Source of the DNA: Vitrella brassicaformis CCMP3155
Lineage: Eukaryota; Protista; Chromerida
DNA: 64,000 nucleotides
Reading direction: 5' to 3'
Assembly (NCBI GenBank): GCA_001179505.1
Contig: CDMY01000327.1
Span: 55,525-119,524 of the forward strand
Under the pieces are notes generated by a model that made no database searches, was not told the DNA's origin, and saw only the letters and a list, made by a program, of their open reading frames with translations. The translations under genes and the position numbers were made by a program. Positions within the stretch are counted from its first letter, which is position 1; the number at the start of each line of letters is the position of its first letter. This document shows, in pieces, positions 1 to 13,164 of this stretch.

Positions 1-1272
1 GATCGTCAAGAATGGCCTCCTGTGTCGGCAGATGTGCAGTGGAGAGTCGCCCGAGCTGCCCTTCAACGCCACGACTCCTCCGAGGGCGCCCTTCTTGGCC
101 CCTAACGAGGCCGGCAACGTCAGCACCGAGGGCACGGTTCGCGAGGGTGGTGGCTATCGGGCAGTGGGTGAAGGGTACATCCACGGGTCGTCGCGGGAGG
201 TGTCTTGCTTGAAGGGTTACACAGCTATCGAGGGCAAGGCCCCCGAGACCATCGGGTGCGTCGATGGACAGTGGCAGGAGCTCAGACTCGACTGCAGAGG
301 TGCGCAGAAATGGTCGCAAACACACGGGGCACGCAGTCGAATTCTGTTTCCGTCGTGTCTCCGCCTTGTTCACTGTCTGCAGCCGACTGCACGGAGCTGT
401 CTCTTGGTGACGGCTATCGCGTCGAGGGCAGTGGCCTCACCCATGGAGACACCCGCAAGATCAAGTGCTCGCCCGGCTACTTCTCGACGAAGCTTGTCGC
501 TGCCTCCACACACACACTGTCTGTGACGGTGACGTGCCAGGACGGCTCTTGGGCACCGCCGCAGCCCATCAAGTGCGTCAAGCCCGACACGACGACGAAA
601 ACACCCAGACAGGGCTTTTTCGTCTTCCTGAGGGACCTGTTTAGCGGCAACGCGGCCGTCGGCATCGTTGTGCTCATCGTCTTTTGCGTGGTCATGGTCA
701 TCGCGTCGCTGCTCGCCTGGAAGTACTACTTCAAGGACAAGTCCATTCGCAACCACGAGGAGCGAGAGAAGAGGATCCAGCAGCGACACGGCACCACACC
801 AGTGACAAGAGACGGCACCAACAATCCATCAGCAGACCTGAGGGCCGCCGGGAGCAAGACCAAGGCGCCACACAATGCTGAGGATGACTCGCTCACTCAT
901 GCCAGTGGGGGCCCCGAGACAGACCTCCTGTCCAGTGAGGGGCGGGAGAACAATAGCGACACCAGCAGCCTCGGCCCCAGCTCTGTCCGGATGGATGAGG
1001 GATCACGGTCCACCTTGCCGAACACACGGGGCGCATCATCAAACAACAAGGCGGGGCCCGACCGTCACGTGCCCTGGGCACCTCCCAGGACGGCCACTGA
1101 GGGAGGGGCGACACTCACAGACACCGACGACGACCTGACGTCGGCGGCTCACTTCGCGAGGGAGAGGAGACGGCACTCATGGGGACAAGACGGCACGAGC
1201 TCTGTGGGGTCGGAGTGGACAGAGTCGAGCAGTTTGGCGGATCGACACAGGCCGAGGAGGCCGCCCGTCTAG
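1..1272 (+). CDS. Sushi/CCP-domain type I membrane protein (5' end outside window)
   Basis: Two Cys-patterned CCP-like modules (CPELP..SCLKGY..CVDGQW..LDC and DCTEL..KCSPGYF..CQDGSW..IKC) joined by a phase-compatible GT-AG intron at 300-382. Hydrophobic helix AAVGIVVLIVFCVVMVIASLLAW is followed by a basic stop-transfer stretch and an S/T/D-rich tail; stop at 1272. Confidence 0.8.
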
Positions 1273-1941
1273 TGACGAGCGGCACGGACTGTGTCTCCTG
1301 CTCCTGGTTGTTTTGTTTGTTGTATAGCAGCGCGTGTACATGTGTGCATATCAATCAGCCAGCCGTCATCGGTGTAGATAGTCAAGCATGGTATTGAATT
1401 AGAGGTCGGTTTGGGCTCTCGACAGCCAAGTTTTCGGCCTCTGTGCTTTCTCGAGAAAGGGCACCGTGCATTACGGCGGCCTAGCTTACAAAGTGTGGGC
1501 ACGAGGAATGGGGCAGGGGCCAATTAGGTAGGTGTACCCTTGCGTGTGACAGATCGTATGGTGAGGTGCATGCGTCCACATTTTTTTCTTGTGTATGTGA
1601 TTTGTTTTGTCACGGCCTTATTGTGAGACTCTGAAGGTCATGACTAGCTGCCGCATGTTCTTCATGTGTTTATGTCTCAATCCACACAACTTCAGCAGTG
1701 TCCTTCCATACATCCATGCAACGTCCTTGCAGGCACACAGTCCTCAGCACTTGTCACAATCGCCCCAGACACCTACTGGCGGCTGCTTCGTCGCTATAAT
1801 CCACGACTTTATACACAACCTGCAATGAACAGCTCAGATGACGGCGGCACTGTGTGTGTGTGTGTGTGTGCCGGTTTTGCTGACCAGTTTCTGTGAAGCA
1901 CTCGGAAGACCGCAATCGGGACAGTGCATGCAGTGAGTCGA

Positions 1942-3295
1942 TCAGTAGAGCATTCCGCTCTCAGTTTCGCATTTTGTGCATCGACCTGCGCCGTACAGAG
2001 ACCACACAGCAATGACGCTCCCGTGTAAGGGGGATTTGCGCATCTTGCTCGTCTCACAAAGGAAATGGTGCGAGCGAAAGAGGACATCCTGCACACACAT
2101 GCACGATGCAGCAGAATATCTTTGCTCATCGCTTCTCGCCCTTACCCTGCGTACGTCGACCGGCCACGTGATGTCGACGCCATAGTTGGAGACTATCTCC
2201 TCACCTGCACAGGCAAGAGCGGCAGACATGAATGGCACCGCACGTGTGTGGGTGACATACACACATACCTGTGCGGATGTCCTTGGTGGTTGTGTAGGTC
2301 ACGAGGGTGCCTTCGGTTGGTGCATAAGACACCGACACATTGGGTGCACACGAATGGTTGATCAGGCTCGCCACGGCATACATGCCTCCTCCTCCCTTGG
2401 TCGCTGCCCCCTGTGCAGGCCCATGAGCACCGTCAATATGACACAGGTTGAACAAATTGCTCTTGACAGTGGCCACAAGACACTGATATAGCTCCACCGG
2501 CAGTTGACGTTCCCCTTCGCCAATGCCCAAGTGGTCGAGGACCTGCCGGTACTGCGACAGGATGGGCTGCATCTGCACATTCATGGCGAGTTGCTCCATT
2601 CCGTAGGGAAGCAGACCCTCGAGAGAGGCGGCCAAAGCAGACGCCAGGCTGGCCCCATCTCTTCGCTGCGATACGAGGGCCCTCCAGAGAACCCGACAGA
2701 CCAACCGTCCCTCCTGGCCATTCAACAATAATGCGGCCGTATCGTTCTGCGTGGGCTCTAGGAAGTCCACCGGTGCCCTATCATCGCCGCCATCATCCAT
2801 CGCTGCATCTGCGCCAACGTAAGAGCCGACGCCCCTGACAGAGATGCGCTTCCATGCAGACGATGCCCGCAGGCTCCCATACACCCTCCGCCGCTCCCGC
2901 GAGAATCTCCCCGTGCTGTTGACCCTGTCGAGGTTCCTCCACAACTGATCTCTCCCCTTCGGTGTCGTCGACCGGCACTCCAGCACATGGAACTCATCAC
3001 GGGCCATTGAGCGGCACTTTCTGCTGCAGTAGAGCTCAGACGAGAGGCATTGCGGGCAAAGAATCAGCCGCCTGCCACCCAAGGGACGACAGCAGTAGCT
3101 GCAAGATAATGGCGATGAGCGTGGGGGCACGGCGATCATCGACGGCTCAGAGAACAGCTGTTCGCCGGCTGTGATGTTGCGTGTTGCGACGAGTCCTCTG
3201 CCTGTGGCGGGCGAGTATGTTGGCCCCAGGGGAGCGGCGAGTGGCGAGAGGGCGCGACGCTGGTGCGCGGACAGGTGAAAGACGTCGATGACCAT
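1942..3295 (-). CDS. SET and MYND domain (SMYD-family) lysine methyltransferase
   Basis: Split SET domain: GRGLVATRNI..G, MYND finger CSYC..CPQC..YCSRKC..H..EC, INHSCAPN, then EEIVSNYG and post-SET FLCRCTKC. Assembled from a long first exon (3295-2269) and three small exons; stop at 1942. Confidence 0.9.
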
Positions 3296-3566
3296 CGAAG
3301 GATCTGATCAGCCCTTCCCTGAACAAAGGGCAAGATGCAATCAAGTGCAGCGATTCTTGTACCTACCGTCTATCTGTGGCCGGCCAAGGTCCTTCTTACC
3401 TTCATCTGTCGTACATGGCCCTTTGTCATGCAGCGCCACCACAGCCAGGCAAAAGATCTTCAATGAATGCATTGAGATGGCTGACTTTGTTGATTCATTC
3501 AGCGGCTCCGGCAGCGGCAAATTGGCTGGTTGGTTGTTGCGTTCGCCCCTCCATCCAAATCGGGCG

Positions 3567-3594
3567 CCCAAACCCTGACGCCCAAACCCTGACG
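3567..3594 (+). promoter_or_regulatory. Tandem AAACCCTG motif pair in the SMYD/zinc-finger divergent spacer
   Basis: gcccaaaccctgac occurs twice in tandem between the two start codons. Confidence 0.4.
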
Positions 3595-3709
3595 CATGCG
3601 AGACATGGATATGGAACGCGAGCTTAGCCTAGGCCGCGGTTTGCTGAGATTCACTTGCCGCCGGCGGGTTCACCCCACTCGGCACACCGGTCAGATCACG
3701 CATCAGCAG

Positions 3710-5339
3710 ATGGACAGAGGTGACGTTCCGATGCTCCCGATGGATGCCGTGTTGAGAGATGAGCTGGCCACATTCGGCCCGCACCTCAAGAACACCTTCA
3801 TTCACTTCGATGACAAAGCACAAGCCGCCAGACCTCGCCCAGAGCGACTCAGGTGACGGCGGGAGGTTACATGGGGCGGCAGAGAGAGCCGCTGACTCAC
3901 TGTGCTGCGTGTGTGTGTTCAGGTTGCCCCGGAGTTCGTCTCAGCACTCACTGCCATCGCAGGAGCAGCTGGATGAGCTGAGCAGCGATCTCCACAGCTA
4001 CTATTTCCTCAACCGTGGCATCTCCCCGTCCCCCTCCAATCGCCCCTCTCCCTCGCCCGAGATGCTCGAGTCCATGCTCGTCGAAACCACGAAGAAGCTC
4101 CGCTCGTCGAGCAGCCTCATTAGCGGCAGGTCTACCGACGCATGTGGCGGCTCCACATCCGACTCCGACGGCACCGCTCCCACCGCATCGGGCGACTCGG
4201 ACAATGAGAGCACCAGTGGCGGCGGATATGTCAAGTTCCCATCGCCATACTCGCCCTCGTCGGCCATGCAGACGGGCGGCAGGTATGATGAGAGCGAGAC
4301 GGCGTCGCTGAGCGTGCAGTCTGACGAGTTCAAGGGTGGGTGGGGGGTTCAGGGCATGGGGGGCATGCCGGCCAGCCCCCTCATGTCCATGACCGTCACT
4401 CCGGAGGAGCGCGCCGCTGCGGGCAGCTGGTCCTTCGGCACCACGTTCCATCAGAGAGGTGAGCAAGGTGGAAAGAAGCCAGGGAGGAGGCAAGACAGAC
4501 AGACAGACAGATTCCATGAATCCATGAGAACTACGTGCGTGTGTGATCCGACTGTTGAGATGCAGGCACGTGCAATCCGTGTCGTTACGAGTGGACCAAG
4601 GGGTGTCATTTGGGCAGCCAGTGCCGGTTCTGCCATCACGAGGATCACACACCCAACGGCGCCATCCGCGTCATCCCCGACGCCGAGACGGTCAAGAACT
4701 CATCGGTGCGGCCCGACACCATTCTGGGAGGCAAGAAAACCCGACTCAGCCCACACCAGAACGGTCAAGACGACAGCCCACCATTCCTCAGCCGCGAGAC
4801 TTCCCCCGTCCACATGCTATATGCAGCGGCCAATCCGACGGCATTCTACCTGCCAAAGAGGGGCGTGACGGCAGCCAACGGGGGCGGTGCGGGGGGCGCG
4901 GCGCCGCTGATGTACGTGTATTCGCCTCCCGGCAAGGGCATGCGCATGGACAGGGCTGCTTTGAAGACACTGGGAGCACCGAACCGAAGCCTGTCTGGGT
5001 GAGCTCATTCACATCACAGCACAGCACAGCCACACAACACATTACATGGTTTCCCCTCCCTGATATGATAGATGCTCATCGCATGTTTGCACTGCACGTC
5101 ACGTTGGTTGTGTGTTGTGTGTGTATGGTATGCAATGCAGGGGTCTGCTTCCGTCAATGCAGGGACCCATGTGTGATCCGACGAACGGCAACGGGCTGCT
5201 CCCCACACCCAACGGAGCATACCCTGCGCCCCGGCACATCTCGGCCCAGCAGCAACTGGAGCTGGTCGGCAAGCTGCTGACACGGAACCACCCGTCCCAG
5301 CGAAACAACGTGACCGACACCACCAACATGGCCCGGTGA
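3710..5339 (+). CDS. Low-complexity protein with KNTFIH motif and an atypical C3H-type zinc finger
   Basis: Exons 3710-3852, 3923-4458, 4566-4998 and 5141-5339 splice in frame. The spliced product contains GTTFHQRGTCNPCRYEWTKGCHLGSQCRFCHHEDH and an N-terminal HLKNTFIHFDD. Confidence 0.75.
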
Positions 5340-7576
5340 CGGGCGGACAGGGGGAGAGGGGAGGGGAGGGGGAGAGGGGAGGGGGACACTGCGTGGCTGT
5401 CTGTGTTGTGGGTGGGGTGGTACTGCGTATCCATTACATGTGAGTATCTGTGTGTGCATCCACTCCATCTGCCTAGCGCTCGTGTGTGGTGTGCATTGCA
5501 TCGACTGTGCACTCTTCCGTGCGTTGCGTTTATCCTGCCTTGTGAGGTTTGTAAGGAAGGAAGGCACACAGACAGGCAGACAGACAGACTGGCTGGCTGG
5601 CTGGCTGGGGGATTGGATTGGCTGTGTGGGTTCCATTCTACCTACAAGACAGGCACGGCACGCCTTCATGTCATGACAGACTGACTGATGGGTAAAAGTG
5701 GAAGGGAATGAATGGATTGGTCGTTGTGTTTTTTCACGATCTTGTGGTTGGGGTGAGTCAGTGGTTGTATGGCTTGTCGTGATGTGATACACGCACGTAC
5801 GGGTTTTGATTTCCAATGGGGCGACGGGGGGAGGGGGGGGGGGGTTGGATGGGATGGGCCGCAAGGCAAGGGGCGGGAGGGCATCTGTGCGACGCACATG
5901 GCCTCTGATTTGCCCCTTGCGCATGTGCCTGCCTGGCTGCCTGGATGAGTGGACTCCCCTGACTAAGCAACGCACGGAGCATTTGTGCTGTGTGCGCGAG
6001 GCCGAGATTGAGGCAACGACTCACGTGACGCTTTGACGCACACAGCAATGGATGGATGGATTGATGCGAGTGTCTGGCTGCATGCATGCAAAGGAACTCT
6101 CTCTGAACGAAGCACGGATTTTTCGCTTTCTCTGGCTGGCCAACCACAACCAGCACACATCCCATGCCATCACCTCACCTACACAAGCAGCACACAACTG
6201 GTAGACAGACAGGACGAGAGAGACAAGGAGAGGCAAGGCAGGTTGCGCTGCGCACCTGACTGGCATGACATTGGGCTTTCTCTTTCCTCCCCTGCCCTGC
6301 ACGTATGTATCACTGCATTTTTGATGACCTGCCTTCAAGTGGTATGTATGGATGTAGGGAGCACACAGGGAGGAAGCAAGCAAGGAAGCCACAAACCAAG
6401 CTGCTGCCCAGACTCTCCCTCTCCTTGTCTCGGTCTCTGCCACTAGGGGAGCGAAGCGAGGTGACATCCACTCGCAGGGAAAGCACACAGGGATGCGATC
6501 CGTGTATGGTATGCGTGCACCTTTGCATGTGTGTCTGCGTGTGCATGTGTGTGTGTGTGTGGATGGAGGGCTCCACGAGCGTACCTTTGTTTTGTCCGCT
6601 GGGGGCTCACTCACTCACCTCATATGCCTGCCGTCTGAGTGACTGTCTATAGTCACTCATTCACTATCCATCGAGTCTGTCTTTGTTCGTTTTCTCTCTC
6701 TGCGTTGCTTAGCTGCTCGTTGTGCGTACGTACGTCCGTATGTACGTGTGTGTCTATGTAAGGGTATGTACTGTTGTAATTCGACAAGCTAAGTAAGTGA
6801 GGCACAGCGCAGCGGATGCGAATGCCCTCCCTGACTGAGAGCAGAGCTTGGTGCGTTGAGTTGCGTGCGTGTGACCCAAAGGGTCAGCGAGCGGAGAGCA
6901 GACGACACGAACGACCTCCATGCATTGCATGCCGGCCTACCTGCCTACCTGCTGCTGTGGTTTTGCCCGATGATTGAGCTGCCTGCGTGATGATATCTAT
7001 GATGACTCGGGAATCTCGAGAACGGACGCTGCCTGCCTGCCTGCAAGTGTGCGATGCTACACAATGAATGGACGCGTGTTGTGTTGTGATGGATCTGGGT
7101 GAGGATGACGGTTGATTTTGTCTGCCTGCCACCGGTGGCTGCGCTGCTTCTTTCGCTCATGCAATTTTTGTCTCCTGGTCGACGGAGGGGGGGATCGGCG
7201 GGCGAAGGTATGACGGACCCGACCCACAGAGGCCGGTGACGTGATACCACGCCACGCTCGCTTCTTGCTTCCTTCCTATGTCATGGATGTTGGTGCGGTG
7301 CCCTGCTGGCTGTTTGTTGTGGTGTGAGGTTGGGAAGGCGGTTAATGCTCCGGGTGTGTTGCTTTCCGTCGTGATACTTACTGAGGTTGCTTACATACAC
7401 CCATACGTGAGTGAGTGAATGCCGTGATGTGTCTGGCGTGTCTGTGGTGTCCCTCATCCCCACATACTTGACTTGGAGAGGTGCTCCTACAAGATCAGAT
7501 CGCTCGTGAGCGTGTGAGTGGCGGTTGCCGCAGAGTCGGCAAGTGTGATGGTTCGTGTCGGTAAACTCTCACCGTC

Positions 7577-7640
7577 CCCGAGATCAGTCAGTACCTTTCA
7601 CTCACATATGGCCATATGTGAGAGAGACGTACGTCTCGGG
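7577..7640. other. Adjacent perfect palindromes (22 bp and 14 bp) in a long intergenic region
   Basis: ctcacatatggccatatgtgag (7601-7622) and gagacgtacgtctc (7624-7637); cccgaga (7577-7583) is complementary to tctcggg (7634-7640). Confidence 0.8.
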
Positions 7641-9173
7641 AAGGGAGGCAGTAGACATACCAAACCCCAGCCCAGCCGTCCTCTCATCTCCCTCCCACAA
7701 CGACAGAACAGATCAAGTGCACCTCACCGTGCGTACTTGCTTTTTGTCATCTGCTGTGAGCCTGCCTGCCTGCCTGCCAAGAAAGCATTCATGTGTGTCG
7801 TTATGTGTGTTATATTTGTAATCCCTGCGTGATGTAATGGTTACCGCCATGTCCCTTCACTCACATTCAACCACTAGCTAGCGTGAAAGATCGGCAGGGT
7901 GGAGGCCCATCCCATGGGTGTCTGTCTGAGGTGTGGTGCTGTGTCTGGTGTGCTGCCGGGTGGGTGGGCGGGGGCAAGGGGGAGGGATGGGTGTGTGTAC
8001 TCAGGGATACAAGTCTACCGACTTTGTGTATTAGTGAGAGAACGGAGGAAGGACAGACAAAAGGACAGATGAGATAGATGCACACGTCACGGTATCAGAC
8101 AGAAACAAAGGAAGCAACAACAGCGACACAGATGGATGGATGGACTGCCTGCCTGCCTGCCTGTTCACCTGCCTGTTTACCTGCGTCCGTCGAAAATCAC
8201 CTCACGTCATTCAGTCAGCGAGAGCCCTCCCTTGTTTGTTGAATTCTCTGTCCACATGACATGACATCATCACTCTGCCGTGTGTTGTGTGTGTTGTCTG
8301 TCATCTTTGTTGTATGTACAGCATGCCCTGTGGTGCTGTGGATGTCTGTCTTGCTTTCACACCCAACCGCACGCACCCATGCATTCCATCGCGTGACGTC
8401 ACACGATCATTCTCACCATCATATCCACCCCGTCAACCTATGTGTTGTGTATATCTTCAGGGATTTTTTCCGTCCTCGCAGACCGTATGCAGGCGTGCGA
8501 ACAAGACGGTTATCCACACGTTCTTTCTCGGTCTCATTCCATCTCCCTCCCTGCCTACTCGCACCTTTCCCTTTCCGTGCAATGCCCTGCCCTGAGTGAT
8601 TTAGGTGCTGCCTGCCTGCCTGCCTGCCTGCCCTGCTTTGTTCCCACCTGCTGCGATGAGATTTTGTCGGCTGGCTGCCTTCGTGCCTGTGTGTGCGAGT
8701 CCTGACTATGTCTCTCCCTTGGTGACTTACTTCCTGCCTGCCTAACGAACCGAGTGATGCACGTCTGTGTGTGTGTGTGTGTCGGTGCGTCTCTCATAAG
8801 AGAAGATATCATGACTGACACGGCTCGATGGTGCGATCGATGCGAATGAACAACCATTGCAAAAACGAAACGACATTTCGCCTCCAATGTTGACCAGGCC
8901 TCACTTCACTTACATGCGCAGGTCTGGGCGTCGGACCTTGCCCCTAATCTACACAATACCGGCGCACACACGGAATGTTAGTTAAGTCACGCCTTGATCG
9001 AAGCGTACAAACAGACGTCAGGAAGACAGCTTGCCATCCGCTCTGCATGCCCGCCGGTTATACGATACAATCACTCATCACACATTGCTGTGCGTTACAA
9101 GAAACAGTCATTCAGCAGGCGGGCTGCACAGGCGGGCGGGCAGAGGTTGGTGTGGCTGAAAGGTCGCCTGACG

Positions 9174-10920
9174 TCAGACGTCTTGGTCGGCGAAAAAGGC
9201 CACTTCCTCTTTGTCCATGCTGCCAACTGTCGTGTACTGACACGACACCATATTCACACACACGCAGACACGCCACGAGTGAGAGTTCTCGCCACTGAGT
9301 GCTGTGCTGCAGGAGCATAGCATCCGCTTACCATGGTGCTAGGTGCGCTTCGGTATGGCCCTCCCAGCCGCCGCACTACAACTGATGTCTGCAGAAGGAC
9401 AGACACAACGACAACGCGAGACTACTTGCGGACACGCGCAATCTGTCCATCGTCCACTCACCACAAGTCCCAGGACTGCTGCAATGGGCGTGCAGACGTA
9501 TCTACGCAACGTGTGTCAGTCAACACACACACAGCAACTCAGAAAGTGCCGAACTGTCTGTGGGATCACGGACGAACACATATGTCTGTGGCGGGGTGCC
9601 CCGCCCACCTCACCTGTCTTCCATGAGTTTGACGTGAGTGTGCGAGTCGTCCTCCACATCCAGTGAGCCGAAGAAGAAACCGAAAATCAAACCCAGCAGC
9701 AACGAGCCGAATATCAACGCACATATCTGACCGGAATGGACACATACCACATGGCGCTCAGCGGGCTAGCAGACAGCTTCGTCTGAGCTGCACGAACCTG
9801 TGCTGGCGTATGTACAGGCCCCAGAGGTATGGCGTCCTCTTGCGCTGCTTTCAGGCCAGTCAGGCGAAACTCGTGCAGCAAATTGAGGGCATCCTGAACC
9901 AAACAGAAGACGGGCAGGGCCGGGGGGGAGGGGGGGCTCCATCTGCATACAGCCGGACTGTTCTATCCAGCCGCTGACCAGGAAAGCAAAAGTGAGGGCA
10001 AAGCTGAGGGACACCCCAAGCAACGAATACCTGAAGCCCACCCAGACAGACGCGTACACCGATCGTGACGACGGAATGCAATGCGCTTCTCGTCCGTGCA
10101 TTCTCTGGCTGGCTACATGGGTATTTTGATGATTGGGCTGAGATTGCAGAACCAGTCCTTCTCCAGCAGAAAGCAAAAGAGGCCCGACAAGATGATCTGG
10201 GCGGCGCGCACACAGAAACAGTTACAGGTGTATCGTATCAAGCACCACATGGCCTGGCCTGGCACTGGTGGTGCTCATGACCGACCGACCATTCCAGCGA
10301 ATCCGTGCAGCATGGTCCTGCTGTGCTGCGCGGCAGGCTCAGCTGCAACAGTCGACCACCCCTTCTGCCGATGAGCTGATCAATCGGTCCGTCCACAAAT
10401 GAAATGCCAATCAATGAACACACACAGGGTGGGGTATTCATGGCGGACCCGACCCAAGGTCTCTCTCATCAATCAATGTGTCAGTGGTGTACCTCTCCAT
10501 ATGATGAGTCCGCCGAGGAAAAGAAACCCTGTACCGAACAGCTGACAGGCACGGCACAAGGAGGTAGGAGGGAGAGCGATTTATGGCAACGCTGCATCCT
10601 TCTTTCGTGTTGGCTGACGCGTCGTGTTTGGCTCGTTGCCTTGCCTACCACTGAGAACCACCGATTAAAGGAAACCTCGATGAGCGCATTGGTGACTGAA
10701 TGAAACACAATACGCAAGGCATCCGCATCCACTAAAGAGCCGAGCACCGTCCTGTGATTACGCTCACCGATGTAGGACGAAAAGGTTCCAAACACGACCC
10801 CAATCTGAACACACATGCGTCAGGCAAAGATCCATCCGTATCATTGCCGTTCTGCCCACATCCGATGCTCACCAGTGCCGCGTAGAGGTCTCCAGTGTGT
10901 ACGCGGCTGCCAATGCCCAT
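9174..10920 (-). CDS. Multi-pass membrane protein of unknown function (many small exons)
   Basis: In-frame spliced hydrophobic exons: LYAAL|IGVVFGTFSSYI, IILSGLFCFLLEKDW..IKIPM|YSLLGVSLSFALTFAFL|DALNLL.., ICALIFGSLLLGLIFGFFFGSLDVEDD, YVCTPIAAVLGLV. The 3' end and exact start are uncertain. Confidence 0.7.
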
Positions 10921-11091
10921 CACGCTACCAGATCTGTCCATGTGCTGAAAGCAACGAGTGCAGTAGATCCGTACGAGGCTTTTTGCTCTCCGGGGCTCAC
11001 CCACCTGCGCGCGCTTGAGACTGTGCCCCCTCCTGCCCACAGAAGGCGAAAAGAACCTGTCCTCTGGCCAAGTGCCACTCATTCGTTCGTC

Positions 11092-13126
11092 ATGTCTGGC
11101 GAGGAAATCCCCGACTGGGCACCACAAGATGACCCATCATGCGCATTCGCACTCGATGTTGCCACTGCAGAGTCCGCAGCGGAGGAGGCCGTCGAGTCCA
11201 TCATCCACGAGGGCGGCCGGCTCATCTACGCCCACTACCTGCAGCGGAAGGCCTTCCCCTTCGCCGCCTCGGCCATATGTGACGTGTTGCTGTCGCACGT
11301 GGACATGTGCTTCGTGCGGATGGACGAGGGCGAGAGAGGCAGGGCAGAGCAGTGGGCGCTCGAGGCCGAGCCGAAGAGGCCGCCCATCGACACCTGGGCG
11401 AGGGGGGCTGTGGAAGTGAGACGGAGGGAAGGCAAGGCGCCGAAAGCAATTGGAGCGACACAAGACGAAACCACCACGCCTTCATCCACAAGGTGAGGCG
11501 AAACACATGACGCCATCACATCCACGAATGAGCCTCCCTCCTTGCCTGTCTGTCTGTGTCCATACATTTTGCAGGAGCCCCAAGGGCCGGAGGGACATGC
11601 GGGAGAGGGAGAAAGATGAAGAGGTTCTGGAGACGGAGGAGAAACCGCCTCCACCCGTCACCATGCCCATCGAGTGGAGGCCTGGCGCAGGGGTGGATGG
11701 CTGGGTGCGGGGCCGAGACAGCGAAGAAGACGCCCTGAGGGACATGAAGGAGCGGGAGACCAGGCGGCGGAAGGATGAGGAGGCCAGGCTCAAGAAGAAG
11801 AAGCAAGAGGACGAAGAGGAGCAAGCGCGGCTCGCCAAGCTCAAGGCGGAGCTCAAGCACAAGCCATACACATTCGACTCAGATGGCAATCTTATTATGG
11901 TGTCCCCCGTCATGTCTCCCGAGAGACTGCCGCCGCAGAACGTGGCCGTCAACTACAGATGGAGGGCCACAGGTGGGTGTCTCCGCCGTACTCCAAATGA
12001 AGTGGGCTGGCTGCACTTGCCTGACTCTCCTTCTCTGTGTTCATTCAGAGGGCGGTGATGGTGCCAAGGAGGCGAAGGCGAAGAAGAATCCCGATCGGCG
12101 AACAGTGGGCAGAGAAGAAGAGAGAAAGGCAGCGGGGGATGAGGAGGCCGTTCTAGTGCGAAAGTCCAAGAGCCGTCAGCCACCTGCGATCGAGACAATG
12201 CAGGTGGCCCCTGGGGTCGCTCTGAGCGAGGGGGGCCGCATGAAAAAGGGTCAAGGCGACAGACAGCACTCACACGAGGCAGACAGACACCTATGGGATG
12301 GGCAAATATCCTCTGGACGCACTTATATGTGTGCACCTCTGCAGGTCCCGAGCCTTCCCCGGACCCCCGGCATCTAAGCCGGAAGGATTATGAGCGTCTG
12401 GTTGAGTCCTTCGCTAATATGTCGAGTTCTCTGCTGCCGTCCTCTTTCCAGCCCATCGCGTCTGTGGCATCGCCGCTGATGGAGTCTATCGCGGAGGAAC
12501 AGGTGCCGGTGGGAATGGAGAGCTGGCAGGAGACCGCTGCTGAGAGCGCGTCGCCGGTCAGAAGAGAAATCAATCAGGGCACCCACATGCACAGTATGTC
12601 ATTGCCTCCCCATCTTGTAGACTGCGAGTGTGCGGATTGCTGAGCCGGCTCCAGAGGGGGCGGCGGAGGTGAGAAATCCGGGAATCCAAGATGCGGTTGG
12701 CATCAACTGTCGTGTGCCGGTGTGCCTGGCAGGCAACAGTGGCTGCAGCACAGGCCGCCTCCACTCTTGACCGTTTCAACGCAGCCATAGTCAATGCCAA
12801 AGACTGGGGAGTGAACCCACCAGCAAAGGGTGCGACATCCAAAGGAATGTGTGACGTACGCCACGCGTCTCGCTTCTGACATGTGTGGGTGCAGGCAGCA
12901 AGAAGACTCAGCCTTCTGTTCCGACAGACCTCAGCAACACCCAATTTGTCAAACTGAAAAAAGATGGTCAGTAAGCGTTCGGGGAGAGATGGGACTGAGG
13001 CGCGGCGCAGACGGCTGTGTTGGTTGATGTGATGCATGACAGCCTTGGGAGACATCAAACGAAGGCTCAGGGACCGGTACGAGTGTACAAAAACGCAACG
13101 CACAGTGCACCCGGCAACTAGACACA

Positions 13127-13164
<38 letters not shown>

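Noticed and set aside
2129-2139. ATCGCTTCTCG matching the 5' end of U2 snRNA
   Set aside because: Only 11 nt, inside an intron, and the match does not continue.
5154-5975. 273-aa minus-strand ORF in the long spacer
   Set aside because: Built from microsatellites and G-runs; low complexity, no splice support.
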